From contig OZ245742.1 in assembly GCA_965227295.1 (NCBI GenBank), positions 3,488,001-3,552,000 of the forward strand: a stretch of 64,000 nucleotides of DNA, read 5' to 3'. The DNA is from Leptonemataceae bacterium (GTDB taxonomy: Bacteria; Spirochaetota; Leptospiria; Leptospirales; Leptonemataceae). The number at the start of each line of letters is the position of its first letter. The first letter of the stretch is position 1. Shown piece by piece: positions 9,360 to 19,017 of this stretch. The translations under genes were made by a program, and so were the position numbers. Below the pieces are notes generated by a model. The model was not told where the DNA came from and did not search any database. It was given only the letters and a program-made list of their open reading frames with translations.

Positions 9360-10298
9360 TTGACAACGGAGTTCATAAAGGATCGTTACCTTGCAGTGAA
9401 GCAGGTTCGGCGAGCCCTTAAAGAGATCCTCGTTCAGTCTCTGAATACGCAGCAGATGGCCCATGTCGGCCGCGAGGTAGATCCCCGCTTTAATCTCTAC
9501 GAGTACTCTGGTTTCGGAGAGAAGATCGTCATTCCCCGCAAGGTCGCGGCCGACTGCATCATCCAGTACTTCCACGCCGACGAAGCCCTTCGCTCGTACA
9601 TCGCCTTTTTACTGTCGCGCAACGGACAGGGTATGAGCGGCGGCGTCATCCAGCTCAAGGGCGAACAGCGTTTGCTCGATCTGCTCAAAGAGCGCGGCTT
9701 CTTTTACAACGCCGAGAACGTCCGTTTCCAGAAAGAGCAGTCCGTGCGCCAGACCGGCTGGGGCTTCATGCGCGAGGGCGAGGAGTACCAGCTATCGTTT
9801 GCGAGCATTGACATCGTCTCCAGTTCCGAACTTGTACGTACGAACGTAAAAGACGACGTGGAGACGACCCTGTCCCGGCTGCGAAACTATATTCAAAAAC
9901 ACGTCGATTTCTGGGACGGCCGCATCTGGTCGTGGTACGGGGACGGCGGCATGGCGGTCTTTCACGGAAAAGACAGCGTGCCCATGTCCGTGCTGTCCAT
10001 GGCGTCCATCATCAACTATCTGCCGATCTTCAACATTTCCGAAAACGAGCTGCGCCCGGAGAACGACGTGAAGCTGCGCATCGGCATGCACTACGGCGGC
10101 TGCACTTACAACGTGGACGTGAACAAGATCACTTCGCCGGACATGAAGGTTTCCCAGGACGTCGAGAAGAACTACGCCGAGCCGAATTCCCTGGCCCTGA
10201 CGGACGCCATGTTCCGGCTGCTGCCCCAGGAGACGCGCAAGGCCTTTGAAGCCACGGCGGAACTCCGCGGCATGCGCGTGTATCGTTACCAGCCGTAA
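9360..10298 (+). CDS. Class III nucleotidyl cyclase-like protein with uncharacterised N-terminal domain (start TTG 9360 or GTG 9396)
   Basis: ASIDIVSSS, WYGDGGMAVF, LRIGMHYG motifs; the ORF-track start at 9105 runs through the tRNA and was trimmed. Confidence 0.75.
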   Translation: MTTEFIKDRYLAVKQVRRALKEILVQSLNTQQMAHVGREVDPRFNLYEYSGFGEKIVIPRKVAADCIIQYFHADEALRSYIAFLLSRNGQGMSGGVIQLKGEQRLLDLLKERGFFYNAENVRFQKEQSVRQTGWGFMREGEEYQLSFASIDIVSSSELVRTNVKDDVETTLSRLRNYIQKHVDFWDGRIWSWYGDGGMAVFHGKDSVPMSVLSMASIINYLPIFNISENELRPENDVKLRIGMHYGGCTYNVDVNKITSPDMKVSQDVEKNYAEPNSLALTDAMFRLLPQETRKAFEATAELRGMRVYRYQP

Positions 10299-10325
10299 TT
10301 GCAGTGAAGAGCAACCGAGAGTATC

Positions 10326-11393
10326 ATGGACATCCTGATCGTAGATTCCGACGTCGCCATTAAAGAGTACTATACGCATCTGCTGGAGTCGGAGTTCCGC
10401 AACGTTACCGTGAACTTCTGCAAGACGGCGCGCGAGGCCCTGGAGTTTCTACCGAACCACGCCTGCGACATCGTTCTTACGGAAACGGAAACCCACGATA
10501 TGCCGGTCTTTGAGTTCATCGGCGAACTCACCGTGCGGCACATCCCGAGCATTGTTGTGTCGTCGGATCACACCGAACGCCTGGTGGTGGAGTGCCTGCG
10601 GAGCGGCGCCCTGGACTTCGTGGCGAAACAGAACATCAAGCTCGGTCATCTTCCGTACGTCATCGCTCGCGCGTTGCTGGAGGCCGATCGCTGGCAGAAG
10701 ATCCAGGAGTACGAAAAAAGCCTGCCGCACCGCCCCGAGTACGAGAAGCTGGATCAGCGGGTGCGTTCGTACCTGGGAGCCGAGCGCATGCAGATGCGTC
10801 GCAGTACCCACGCCGACGATAAAGTGCGGGCCCGTCCGGCCGGGGAGCGGGAGCGTTCGAAGGCCTTCGTCGAAGGGCAGACGTACTTCATCATCTACCT
10901 GTACATTCAACTCTATTTTCCGGACTCGATCAAGGACAGTATGGATGAGCGCCGGTTCTTAACATTACAGAATCGCATCTTAGACCGTTTTGTGGACGTG
11001 GCCCCGCGGTACAACGGTCACGTCTGGACGCGCAAAGAGGATGGTTGCTTTTTCGCCTTCGCCGGCGAGGAGTACCTGGGCGCGCTGCTGGCCGCCATCG
11101 AGGTTCGGGCGAGCCTGAACATCTTCAACATGACCGTTGAGAACCTCACGGATCGCATCCACCTGGGCATGGGCATCACCGCCGGTCACACCGTTTACAA
11201 AGAGGACAAGGGTCAGATCTACAGCGAAGCCCTGAACCTGTGCGCGCACATGGCCATCAACTCACCGGACGGCAACGCCACGCTGCTCACCTCGAATGTT
11301 TACGAACACCTGGACCCGCGGGCGAAGAAGTACCTGTTCAAGGCCGGCAAGTTCGAAGGCCACTCGGTGTTCCGGGTCGAGAACATCGCTTAA
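10326..11393 (+). CDS. Atypical response regulator (REC) fused to a degenerate class III cyclase-like domain
   Basis: ILIVDSD...DIVLTE...GALDFVAK receiver; EDGCFFAF, GMGITAG, SEALNLCAH cyclase-like motifs. Confidence 0.75.
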   Translation: MDILIVDSDVAIKEYYTHLLESEFRNVTVNFCKTAREALEFLPNHACDIVLTETETHDMPVFEFIGELTVRHIPSIVVSSDHTERLVVECLRSGALDFVAKQNIKLGHLPYVIARALLEADRWQKIQEYEKSLPHRPEYEKLDQRVRSYLGAERMQMRRSTHADDKVRARPAGERERSKAFVEGQTYFIIYLYIQLYFPDSIKDSMDERRFLTLQNRILDRFVDVAPRYNGHVWTRKEDGCFFAFAGEEYLGALLAAIEVRASLNIFNMTVENLTDRIHLGMGITAGHTVYKEDKGQIYSEALNLCAHMAINSPDGNATLLTSNVYEHLDPRAKKYLFKAGKFEGHSVFRVENIA

Positions 11394-11403
11394 GAGGTGG
11401 TTC

Positions 11404-11536
11404 ACTCCGAGGACCGAGGAGCCGAGGTGAAGAATGAAGAGAACCATCAGACGAAGCGAAGAAAGCTGTCTTAGCTCGAAAGCCGATCGCCTGCGCAGTC
11501 TCTCCCCAAATTCCTCGGTCCCTCGCTCCTCGGAGT
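11404..11536. repeat. Stem-loop element with CCGAGG-periodic inverted arms
   Basis: actccgaggaccgaggagccgagg ... cctcggtccctcgctcctcggagt, between convergent genes. Confidence 0.85.
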
Positions 11537-11541
11537 CCATT

Positions 11542-11949
11542 CTAAACGGAAAGCTCGTGGGCAATCAACGCGTCCGGTAACTCTACCGTCTTCGTAAACC
11601 GCAACCCCACCACCCGGCAGGGGCGGTCGTTGAGTTCGGACTGGGACTGCCACACGAAACCTGCGCGAAAGTCCAGCGGTGTCGTAAGCGGGCGTCCGAA
11701 GAGTTCGCCGTTAAAAACCATCGTTTGTTCCGGAAGACGGATCGGATCCGTGCGGGGAATGAGCACGCTCAGGCCGTGCTCCGAGATGTCTCCGAGGCGG
11801 CCGGCCAGAAGCAGGCCGTCACACTTCAGGCGGACCAGGAAATCCTCGCTCACGAAGTGGCGGTAGCGGCGCCGTTGCCGCTGGTCCGCGAGCACGGTGG
11901 CGTCGGCGGGATGGGCGGGAGTTCTGTCGGCCTGGCTGTTCATATGCAC
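11542..11949 (-). CDS. PilZ domain protein (putative c-di-GMP receptor)
   Basis: QRRRYR (RxxxR) and DISEHG (DxSxxG) motifs; C-terminal VGLRF. Confidence 0.85.
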   Translation of the reverse strand: MHMNSQADRTPAHPADATVLADQRQRRRYRHFVSEDFLVRLKCDGLLLAGRLGDISEHGLSVLIPRTDPIRLPEQTMVFNGELFGRPLTTPLDFRAGFVWQSQSELNDRPCRVVGLRFTKTVELPDALIAHELSV

Positions 11950-12002
11950 TGCATAGATGTAGCAGCGATATAATGCGTTTCTCTTACGACGGCGCGTCGC
12001 TT

Positions 12003-12022
12003 TCGCAAAAAATTTTTTGCGA
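12003..12022. promoter_or_regulatory. Perfect 20-bp palindrome TCGCAAAAAATTTTTTGCGA upstream of the pilZ gene
   Basis: Directly visible; about 54 bp upstream of the PilZ start; function inferred. Confidence 0.45.
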
Positions 12023-12075
12023 TTTTTGAAAGGATGCTTCGCGGCGGAGCCGGGGCGGGGATTTTAGTTACCGGT

Positions 12076-14874
12076 CTATTCGGCCGCGCCGGATGATACC
12101 GTATCTTTCGCTAACCGCGCCTCAATCGTATCTACGACTTCCAGCAGACGACCTTTCTTGATCGGCTTGGTCAGGTGTTCATCGCAGCCGGCGTCTCGTG
12201 TGCGTTCCAGGTCCTCGCGCATGGCGTAGGCGGTGAGGGCGATGATCGGCGTGCGGCGCAAAGAACCCGGCGATACGCCGTGCTGTTGTTCGCGAATGGT
12301 TTCGTAGGCCCGCATGAGGCGGGTGGCCTCGTAGCCGTCCATGATCGGCATTTGCATATCCATTAGCACCAGGTCGTACTGGCCGCTCTTGAAACGCTCC
12401 ACCGCCTCGCGACCGTTTTCGGCGAAGGTCAAACGATGGTGCGTCTTCTTTAAGAACGCTTCGATCAGCAGGCGGTTGTCCTCGGTGTCCTCGACGAGGA
12501 GAATGCTCAGGCCGTCTTTTTTTAGATCCACCGCGGTGTCCCGTTCGCCGGCAGCGTTTTCTTGCTCGGGGGTGTCCGAGTAGCGCCGCAGGAGGCGCGC
12601 CACCGAAGAACGGCGCAGGGGTTTCACGAGATACGCATCGATGTCGAATTCCTGCAGGCGCCCGCGATCGTCGCGGTAGCTGTCGGAAGTCAGCAGCATC
12701 ACCGTTCGGGCATCTTCGTGCAGATGATCGTGCATGGCGTCCGCGGTGGCGAAGCCGTTGCGACCGGGCATGCGTCCGTCGAGGAAGATGAGTTCGTAGG
12801 GCCGGCCGGCTTCGTGGGCCGTGCGAATCATGGCCAGCGCTTCGTCGCTGTCCCGGGCTTCTTCAACGAGGCCGGAGTTCGTGCCGAGGTCTTCGAGAAT
12901 CTCGCGCAACACCAGACGATTGATGTCGTGGTCGTCGATGATCAACGTGCGTGCCTTCGGCGGTTCCACCGGATGTTCGCTTTCTCGCGGCGGGACGCCG
13001 GCCCGGAACGTTCCAGTAAAATGAAAGACGCTGCCCGGCCCGTCGTCCTCGGGGGCGTCGACGCCGATGCGCCCGCCCATCATTTCAATGAGCCGCCGGG
13101 AGATGGCCAGGCCGAGGCCCGTGCCGCCGTACTTGCGCGTCGTCGACGAATCCACCTGCGTGAAGTTTTCGAAGATGGCCTGGCGTTTCTCCGCCGGAAT
13201 GCCGATACCCGTGTCCCGCACGGAGATCCGAATGACGTAGCCGTCGGCCGTGCGCGAAAGCAGACCGGCTTCGACGCGAACCTCGCCCTCGGACGTAAAC
13301 TTCGTTGCGTTGCCGATTAAGTTCACCAGCACCTGGCGCAGGCGATGCGGGTCCCCGCGTAGATGCCGCGGTGTTCCCGGCACGACCCGGGAAGAAATCT
13401 CAAGGCCCTTCTGGTGCGCCTGCAACGCCATGATCTCGCAGGTACGATCGAGCATCTCTTCTAATTGAAAATCCAGCTCTTCCAGTTCCAGGTGCCCCGC
13501 TTCGATTTTAGAAAGATCCAGGATGTCGTTGATCAACGTAAGCAACGTGTCGCCGGCTTTACGCAGGACCTCGATGTACTCCCGCTGTTCGTCGTCGACG
13601 TTCGTATCGCGCAGGAGATCGGACATGCCGATGATGGCGTTCATGGGCGTGCGGATCTCGTGGGACATGGACGCCAGAAACTCGGACTTCGCGCGGTTCG
13701 CGGCATCGGCGGCTTCTTTGGCCTGTTCGAGTTGGTCCTGGACCTCCCGGCGTTCCAGGGCCGCGGATAACCAGCGTCCCATGAGCCGCACCAGGTCCTT
13801 GTCGCCGTCGCGGAAGGGCTTCTCCCTGGCTTTCGGTGAGGAGAAGTTAATGGTTCCGAAGCGACGATCGAATATGCGAATGGGCGCGCCGATGTAGGCT
13901 TCCAGTTGGTGCTCGGTGTAGGCCGGATGATGACGCAACGGCGAGTTGCCGAATTGATCGATGGCGATAGGCTCGTCCGCTTCGAAGGTGATGTGGCACG
14001 GCGTGGTACTGAAGCGCAACTGCGCCCCGGCATTCAGTTCAATGCCGGACTCCGCCGATACGTTCAGGATGTTGTAGACGTCCGCTTCCGGATCGATGCG
14101 GCTTAAGATGCCGACGTCGAGCTTTAAGATCTCCCGGCCCAGCGAAAGCATCTCGTCGATTTGGCGGTCCAGGGAAATGCGCGACAGCGACGTCACCTCG
14201 TAGAGACGGCGGATGCGTCGGGAGTACTCGCGGGTTTCTTCCTCGGCGTCGCGGCGTTGTTCGAGTTCTTTCTGCAACGCTTCGTAGAGCCGGGCGTTCT
14301 GGAGGGCGACGGCACCCAGGTCCGAGAAGCCGCTCAGGAGTTCCAGCTCTTCGGCCTGGAACGAGCGCTCGGGTTCGTCCCGGGCGAGCATCAGCACACC
14401 GACCACCCGCCGGCCCATGCGCAGCGGAATGGCCGTGGCGGCATACAACGTTTCTTTGATGCTCTCGCCGCGCTCCGGCCAGGTGGAGTGATTTTCGACC
14501 AGCACGCTCCGGCCGTCCTGCCAGGCCTTGCCGGCAAGGCCGTCGCCGACGCGCGTCGGCCAGCCCACGTAGCGCCGCAACAGGCCGATGCCCGCGCGGA
14601 CCCGCATCTCCCGTTCGTCCTGGGAGAGCAGATGCAGGGCGCCGTGCTGCGTGCCGACAAGATCGGCCGAGCGCTTGACGATCTGTTCCAGGAGATTGTC
14701 CGGGTCCAGTTCGCCGGTAAGGCTGACCGCGGATTCCTGGAGGGAGTCGAGGTACTTCTCGACCTTCTGATGCCGGCGGACCTCTTCTTCGAGTTCGGCC
14801 ACCCGTCGGCGTAATGTAAGGATTTCGTTATGAAGATCCACGGGTTTGCGGCCCGTCCATAGGACGCGCGGCAC
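12076..14874 (-). CDS. Hybrid sensor histidine kinase (GAF-GAF-HisKA-HATPase-REC-REC); start uncertain
   Basis: [15 protein letters not shown]-box, [23 protein letters not shown], two receivers ([16 protein letters not shown]). Confidence 0.95.
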   Translation of the reverse strand: MPRVLWTGRKPVDLHNEILTLRRRVAELEEEVRRHQKVEKYLDSLQESAVSLTGELDPDNLLEQIVKRSADLVGTQHGALHLLSQDEREMRVRAGIGLLRRYVGWPTRVGDGLAGKAWQDGRSVLVENHSTWPERGESIKETLYAATAIPLRMGRRVVGVLMLARDEPERSFQAEELELLSGFSDLGAVALQNARLYEALQKELEQRRDAEEETREYSRRIRRLYEVTSLSRISLDRQIDEMLSLGREILKLDVGILSRIDPEADVYNILNVSAESGIELNAGAQLRFSTTPCHITFEADEPIAIDQFGNSPLRHHPAYTEHQLEAYIGAPIRIFDRRFGTINFSSPKAREKPFRDGDKDLVRLMGRWLSAALERREVQDQLEQAKEAADAANRAKSEFLASMSHEIRTPMNAIIGMSDLLRDTNVDDEQREYIEVLRKAGDTLLTLINDILDLSKIEAGHLELEELDFQLEEMLDRTCEIMALQAHQKGLEISSRVVPGTPRHLRGDPHRLRQVLVNLIGNATKFTSEGEVRVEAGLLSRTADGYVIRISVRDTGIGIPAEKRQAIFENFTQVDSSTTRKYGGTGLGLAISRRLIEMMGGRIGVDAPEDDGPGSVFHFTGTFRAGVPPRESEHPVEPPKARTLIIDDHDINRLVLREILEDLGTNSGLVEEARDSDEALAMIRTAHEAGRPYELIFLDGRMPGRNGFATADAMHDHLHEDARTVMLLTSDSYRDDRGRLQEFDIDAYLVKPLRRSSVARLLRRYSDTPEQENAAGERDTAVDLKKDGLSILLVEDTEDNRLLIEAFLKKTHHRLTFAENGREAVERFKSGQYDLVLMDMQMPIMDGYEATRLMRAYETIREQQHGVSPGSLRRTPIIALTAYAMREDLERTRDAGCDEHLTKPIKKGRLLEVVDTIEARLAKDTVSSGAAE

Positions 14875-14982
14875 AGAGTAGCGTTTCCCCCGTGACGATC
14901 AAGCTGGATTCCCCCGGAATTTTTCTCTCGCGGCGCCGGAAATTGGACGCCGCCTCACGGCTTTTCTATCTTATGGAACATC

Positions 14983-17094
14983 ATGAGCGATTCTACCGTA
15001 ACTTCCGAAAATCCCCTGCTTGAGCGCCCGCCGCTGCCGCCGTTCGAGCGCATTGAGGCGGAGCACGTGGTTCCGGCCGTACGGGAACTCCTGGGTCGAT
15101 TGAACGAGCGCCTCGAACAACTGGAACGTGATACGCCTCCCGGTTGGGCCGTGGTGGAAGAACTCACGCATCTCGAATACGAACTCGATCGCACCTGGGG
15201 GCCGGTGGGCCATCTGCTGGGCGTGAAGAACTCGCCGGAACTGCGCGCCGCGTATGAAGAAGTGCAGCCCGAGGTCGTCGCCATTTATCTCAGGGCCGGC
15301 CAAAGCCGCCCGGTCTACGAAGCCCTGGATGCCCTGCGCAAAGACAATGCGCAATGGAGCGCGCTCAGCGCCGGACAACAGCGCGCCGTAGAACTGCGCC
15401 TCCGGGACATGGAACACGCGGGAGTCGGCCTGCCCGAGGATAAACGCGAACGTTACAACGAAATCGCGCGCGAGCTTTCGAAGCTCAGCACGGACTTTTC
15501 CAACCACGTCCTCGATGCCACAAAGGCGTACGGCCTCGATCTTAGCGACAGATCCGACATCGAAGGTTTGCCCGAGTCGTACTTAAACCTGGCCGCCCAA
15601 TCTTACAATAACGCCCACGCCGAAGAAATCGAAGCGGGGAAGTTAACGAAGGCCGTGCCGGAAAGCGGGCCGTGGCGCGCCAGCCTGGATTTACCCGGCT
15701 TTTTACCGTTCATGGAACACGGCAAACGCCGGGATCTTCGCGAAACTCTGTACCGCGCCTACTTAAGCCGCGCGTCTTCCGGCGAACTCGACAATACCCC
15801 GCTCATCGACCGCATTCTTACGTTACGCAAAGAGCAGGCCGGGCTTTTGGGATTCCACACCTGGGCCGAATTATCCCTCAACGAAAAGATGGCCGGCAGC
15901 GTGGAAGAGGTGGATCGTCTGTTGGAAGAACTACGTTCGGCTTCGTACGATGCGGCGCAGAAGGACCTGACCGAGCTTCAGCAACGCGCAAAAAAAGACG
16001 GCATCACCGAAATCAAACCGTGGGATGTGGCTTACTATTCCGAGCGCCTGCGCGAAGAGCGCTTTCAGTTTACGGACGAAGAATTGCGCCCGTACTTTCC
16101 GCTGCCCCGCGTGCTCGAAGGTCTCTTCGGCCTGGCCGCGCGGCTCTTCGGCGTACGCATCGTTGCGAAAGACGGCGAGGCGCCGGTGTGGCACGAGGAC
16201 GTGCGTTACTTCGCCATTGAAGACGAGCAGGGCGAGCGCGTGGCGGCGTTCTACCTGGATCCGTACTCGCGGCCGGAGAATAAACGCGGCGGCGCCTGGA
16301 TGGGCGATTGCATCGGCCGGCGGCGCTTAAGTTCCGGTGAAGTGGAGTTACCGGTGGCCTACCTGGTCTGCAACGGCACGCCGCCCGTGGGAGACAAACC
16401 CTCGCTCATGACCTTCCGTGACGTCGAGACGCTCTTTCACGAATTCGGCCACGGCCTGCAGCACATGCTCACCCGCGTGGACTACGCCGACGTGGCCGGC
16501 ATCAGCGGGGTGGAGTGGGACGCGGTGGAACTTCCGTCGCAGTTCATGGAGAACTGGTGCTATCATAAACCGACGCTGCTCGGCATGACGGCGCATTACG
16601 AAAGCGGCGCGCCCATGCCCGACGAACTCTTCGAACGCTTGAAGGCGGCGCGGACGTTCCGGGCCGCGAGCGCCATGTTGCGCCAGCTGCGCTTCGCCAT
16701 GCTGGACATGGAATTGCATCATCGTTACGCCCCGGCGACGTCCAGTGAAAGCGTCTTCGAGGTACAAAAACGCATCGACGAAAAGACGTCGTTGATCGCC
16801 CCCCTGGATGAGGACCGGTTCCTGTGTTCGTTCGGACACATCTTCGCCGGCGGTTATTCGGCGGGTTATTACAGCTACAAATGGGCCGAGGTTTTGTCCG
16901 CCGACGCCTTCAGTGCGTTCGAGGAGGCCGGCCTGGACAACGAATCCGCCGTCGCCGAAACCGGCCGGCGTTTTCGGGAAACCGTCCTGGCTCTCGGCGG
17001 CAGCAAACATCCCATGGAGGTGTTTGAAGAATTCCGGGGCCGCAAACCGACCACGGAACCGCTCCTGCGCCACAGCGGACTCACCGCGGCGTGA
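14983..17094 (+). CDS. prlC: Oligopeptidase A (M3A)
   Basis: ENPLL N-terminus, KRGGAWM, LFHEFGHGLQH, VELPSQFMENW, HIFAGGYSAGYYSYKWAE. Confidence 0.95.
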   Translation: MSDSTVTSENPLLERPPLPPFERIEAEHVVPAVRELLGRLNERLEQLERDTPPGWAVVEELTHLEYELDRTWGPVGHLLGVKNSPELRAAYEEVQPEVVAIYLRAGQSRPVYEALDALRKDNAQWSALSAGQQRAVELRLRDMEHAGVGLPEDKRERYNEIARELSKLSTDFSNHVLDATKAYGLDLSDRSDIEGLPESYLNLAAQSYNNAHAEEIEAGKLTKAVPESGPWRASLDLPGFLPFMEHGKRRDLRETLYRAYLSRASSGELDNTPLIDRILTLRKEQAGLLGFHTWAELSLNEKMAGSVEEVDRLLEELRSASYDAAQKDLTELQQRAKKDGITEIKPWDVAYYSERLREERFQFTDEELRPYFPLPRVLEGLFGLAARLFGVRIVAKDGEAPVWHEDVRYFAIEDEQGERVAAFYLDPYSRPENKRGGAWMGDCIGRRRLSSGEVELPVAYLVCNGTPPVGDKPSLMTFRDVETLFHEFGHGLQHMLTRVDYADVAGISGVEWDAVELPSQFMENWCYHKPTLLGMTAHYESGAPMPDELFERLKAARTFRAASAMLRQLRFAMLDMELHHRYAPATSSESVFEVQKRIDEKTSLIAPLDEDRFLCSFGHIFAGGYSAGYYSYKWAEVLSADAFSAFEEAGLDNESAVAETGRRFRETVLALGGSKHPMEVFEEFRGRKPTTEPLLRHSGLTAA

Positions 17095-17103
17095 AGATGT
17101 TTG

Positions 17104-17209
17104 ACTCCGAGGACCGAGGTCCCGAGATTTAGAACGGAGGGCTTTCGTCGCCGGCACGCGCTCAGCGTACGCTTGCTCTCTATAAACTCGGTCCCTCGGC
17201 CCTCGGAGT
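17104..17209. repeat. Stem-loop element with CCGAGG-periodic inverted arms
   Basis: actccgaggaccgaggtcccgag ... ctcggtccctcggccctcggagt. Confidence 0.85.
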
Positions 17210-17217
17210 AAGCAATA

Positions 17218-18189
17218 GTGTCCCGCTTAGAATCACTTCTCGGAACGTTTACGAATCTCTTTCCCCTCTGGGTGCTCGTCGCGGGGGTCGCGGGTTTTCT
17301 CTACCCGCCGTCCGTTACCTGGATGAGCGGCTCGTTGATCACGATCGGCCTGGCAGTGATCATGCTGGGCATGGGCCTATCCCTCCAGGCCGCCGATTTC
17401 CGGCGTGTCTTCGAACAACCGCGCCGCGTGTTCGTCGGCGTGGCGCTCCAGTATACGGTGATGCCCCTGGCCGGATACAGCTTCGCCGTGCTGTTCGAGC
17501 TCCCCGACGAGTTTGCCGCCGGGCTGATCCTCGTTGCCTGCTGTCCGGGCGGCACCGCTTCGAACGTGATCAGTTTCCTGGCCCGGGCCGACCTGTGTCT
17601 CTCCGTGACGATGACCGCCGTGTCGACGCTGCTTGCCGCGCTGCTCACACCGACCCTTACGTTGCTGCTGGTCGGCGATCGCCTGGAAGTGAATCCCCTC
17701 GGCCTCTTTCTGGACACCGCCACGGTAGTCCTCTTGCCGGTGTTCGCGGGTTTGTTGTTGAATCATTACTTAACTTCGACGGCGCAGGTGTTAAAGCCGT
17801 TCGCGCCGCCGGTGGCGGTCATTGCCATCGCGCTGATCGTGGGGTCGGTGCTGGGCGCCAAACGTGAGGCCGTAATTGAATCCGGATTGCAGTTAGCGGC
17901 CGCCATCGTCGTTTTTCATCTTTGCGGCTTCGTTCTGGGATACGTACTCGGCCGATTGGTCGCGGGGGACGAGCCGGCCGCGCGCACCATCGGCATCGAA
18001 GTGGGCATGCAGAACTCCGGCCTCGGCGTGGACCTCGCGCGTAAAAATTTCGCGGGCACGCTCGCCGATGTCCCCGGTGCCATCTCCGCGATGACGCATT
18101 GCATCTTAGGCAGCTTCGCGGCGGCGCTGTGGAGATCGGGAGGGGAAGAAACAAACTCCGAGGCCCGAGGTACCGAGATTGAATCTTAG
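17218..18189 (+). CDS. Bile acid:sodium symporter (BASS/SBF) family transporter
   Basis: MLGMGLSL, QYTVMP, CCPGGTASNV, IEVGMQNSGL motifs; about 9-10 TM segments. Confidence 0.93.
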   Translation: MSRLESLLGTFTNLFPLWVLVAGVAGFLYPPSVTWMSGSLITIGLAVIMLGMGLSLQAADFRRVFEQPRRVFVGVALQYTVMPLAGYSFAVLFELPDEFAAGLILVACCPGGTASNVISFLARADLCLSVTMTAVSTLLAALLTPTLTLLLVGDRLEVNPLGLFLDTATVVLLPVFAGLLLNHYLTSTAQVLKPFAPPVAVIAIALIVGSVLGAKREAVIESGLQLAAAIVVFHLCGFVLGYVLGRLVAGDEPAARTIGIEVGMQNSGLGVDLARKNFAGTLADVPGAISAMTHCILGSFAAALWRSGGEETNSEARGTEIES

Positions 18190-18264
18190 AGAGCGATCAT
18201 AACCTGCTCACGGACTGACTTCGCTCACTCACCTAAAAAAACTCGGCCCCTCGGTCCTCGGAGT
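18155..18264. repeat. Stem-loop element with CCGAGG-periodic inverted arms; left arm lies inside the BASS gene 3' end
   Basis: actccgaggcccgaggtaccgag ... ctcggcccctcggtcctcggagt. Confidence 0.85.
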
Positions 18265-18274
18265 TCCTTCTTAT

Positions 18275-18949
18275 TCAGGTCGCCGGTCGTTTGGTTTGAT
18301 TGCGGATGGGAACGTAGTCCTTGTTCAATGGAAACTCAATGCGGGCCACCGTACGTTCTCCGTTGCGATATACCCGGAAGTTACCCGGATCAAAACCCAG
18401 GTCCTTCATGAGCAGGACGATCATGGCGAGGCCCAGGCCGCGGCCCTCGGTTTCGTCGCCGTAGTGTAGACTGAACTCGACGATGTTCTTAATGTCCGAG
18501 GTGCTCGCCAGCTTGCTGCGGATGCGGCGCTCTTCTTCTTCCAGCAGAATCGACGAGTTCTCCACGAAAACCAGCAGACGATCCTCGTTCAGATCGATGC
18601 GCACGTCCACGTTGAACTCCATCTCCTCCATGGCCTCGCGGTACTCTTCTTCGTCGATGCTGTTGTAGTCCCGCATGAAGGCTTCAATGCCCGGACGATA
18701 GCTTGACGGGTCCGAAAGATCGTAGCCGTTTTTTTCGAAGTAGATGCGTTTGAGATTGGCCTTCACGGCGTTGCCTACGAGTTCCATCAACACGAAGTGC
18801 AGCGTATGCGCGAGACCTTCGATGTGTAGATGCTCTTCCACGCCGTGCGACCAGTCCTTGAGCAGATCCCGGACGAAGCTATCCAGGACCAGAATGGAAA
18901 CGTGTTTTTTAATGGGATCGACCATCATCCGGCGGGGGCTCGCGGCCAA
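18275..18949 (-). CDS. Stand-alone HATPase_c (anti-sigma/Ser kinase-like) protein
   Basis: ELVGNAVKAN N-box and EGRGLGL G2 box; no HisKA domain. Confidence 0.7.
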   Translation of the reverse strand: MAASPRRMMVDPIKKHVSILVLDSFVRDLLKDWSHGVEEHLHIEGLAHTLHFVLMELVGNAVKANLKRIYFEKNGYDLSDPSSYRPGIEAFMRDYNSIDEEEYREAMEEMEFNVDVRIDLNEDRLLVFVENSSILLEEEERRIRSKLASTSDIKNIVEFSLHYGDETEGRGLGLAMIVLLMKDLGFDPGNFRVYRNGERTVARIEFPLNKDYVPIRNQTKRPAT

Positions 18950-19017
18950 TGATTTCAGGCTTTCTGAAATTCACAAGCTTTTGAGAGATCGCGCCGGGGA
19001 TCGTTGCCCCGCGTCGC

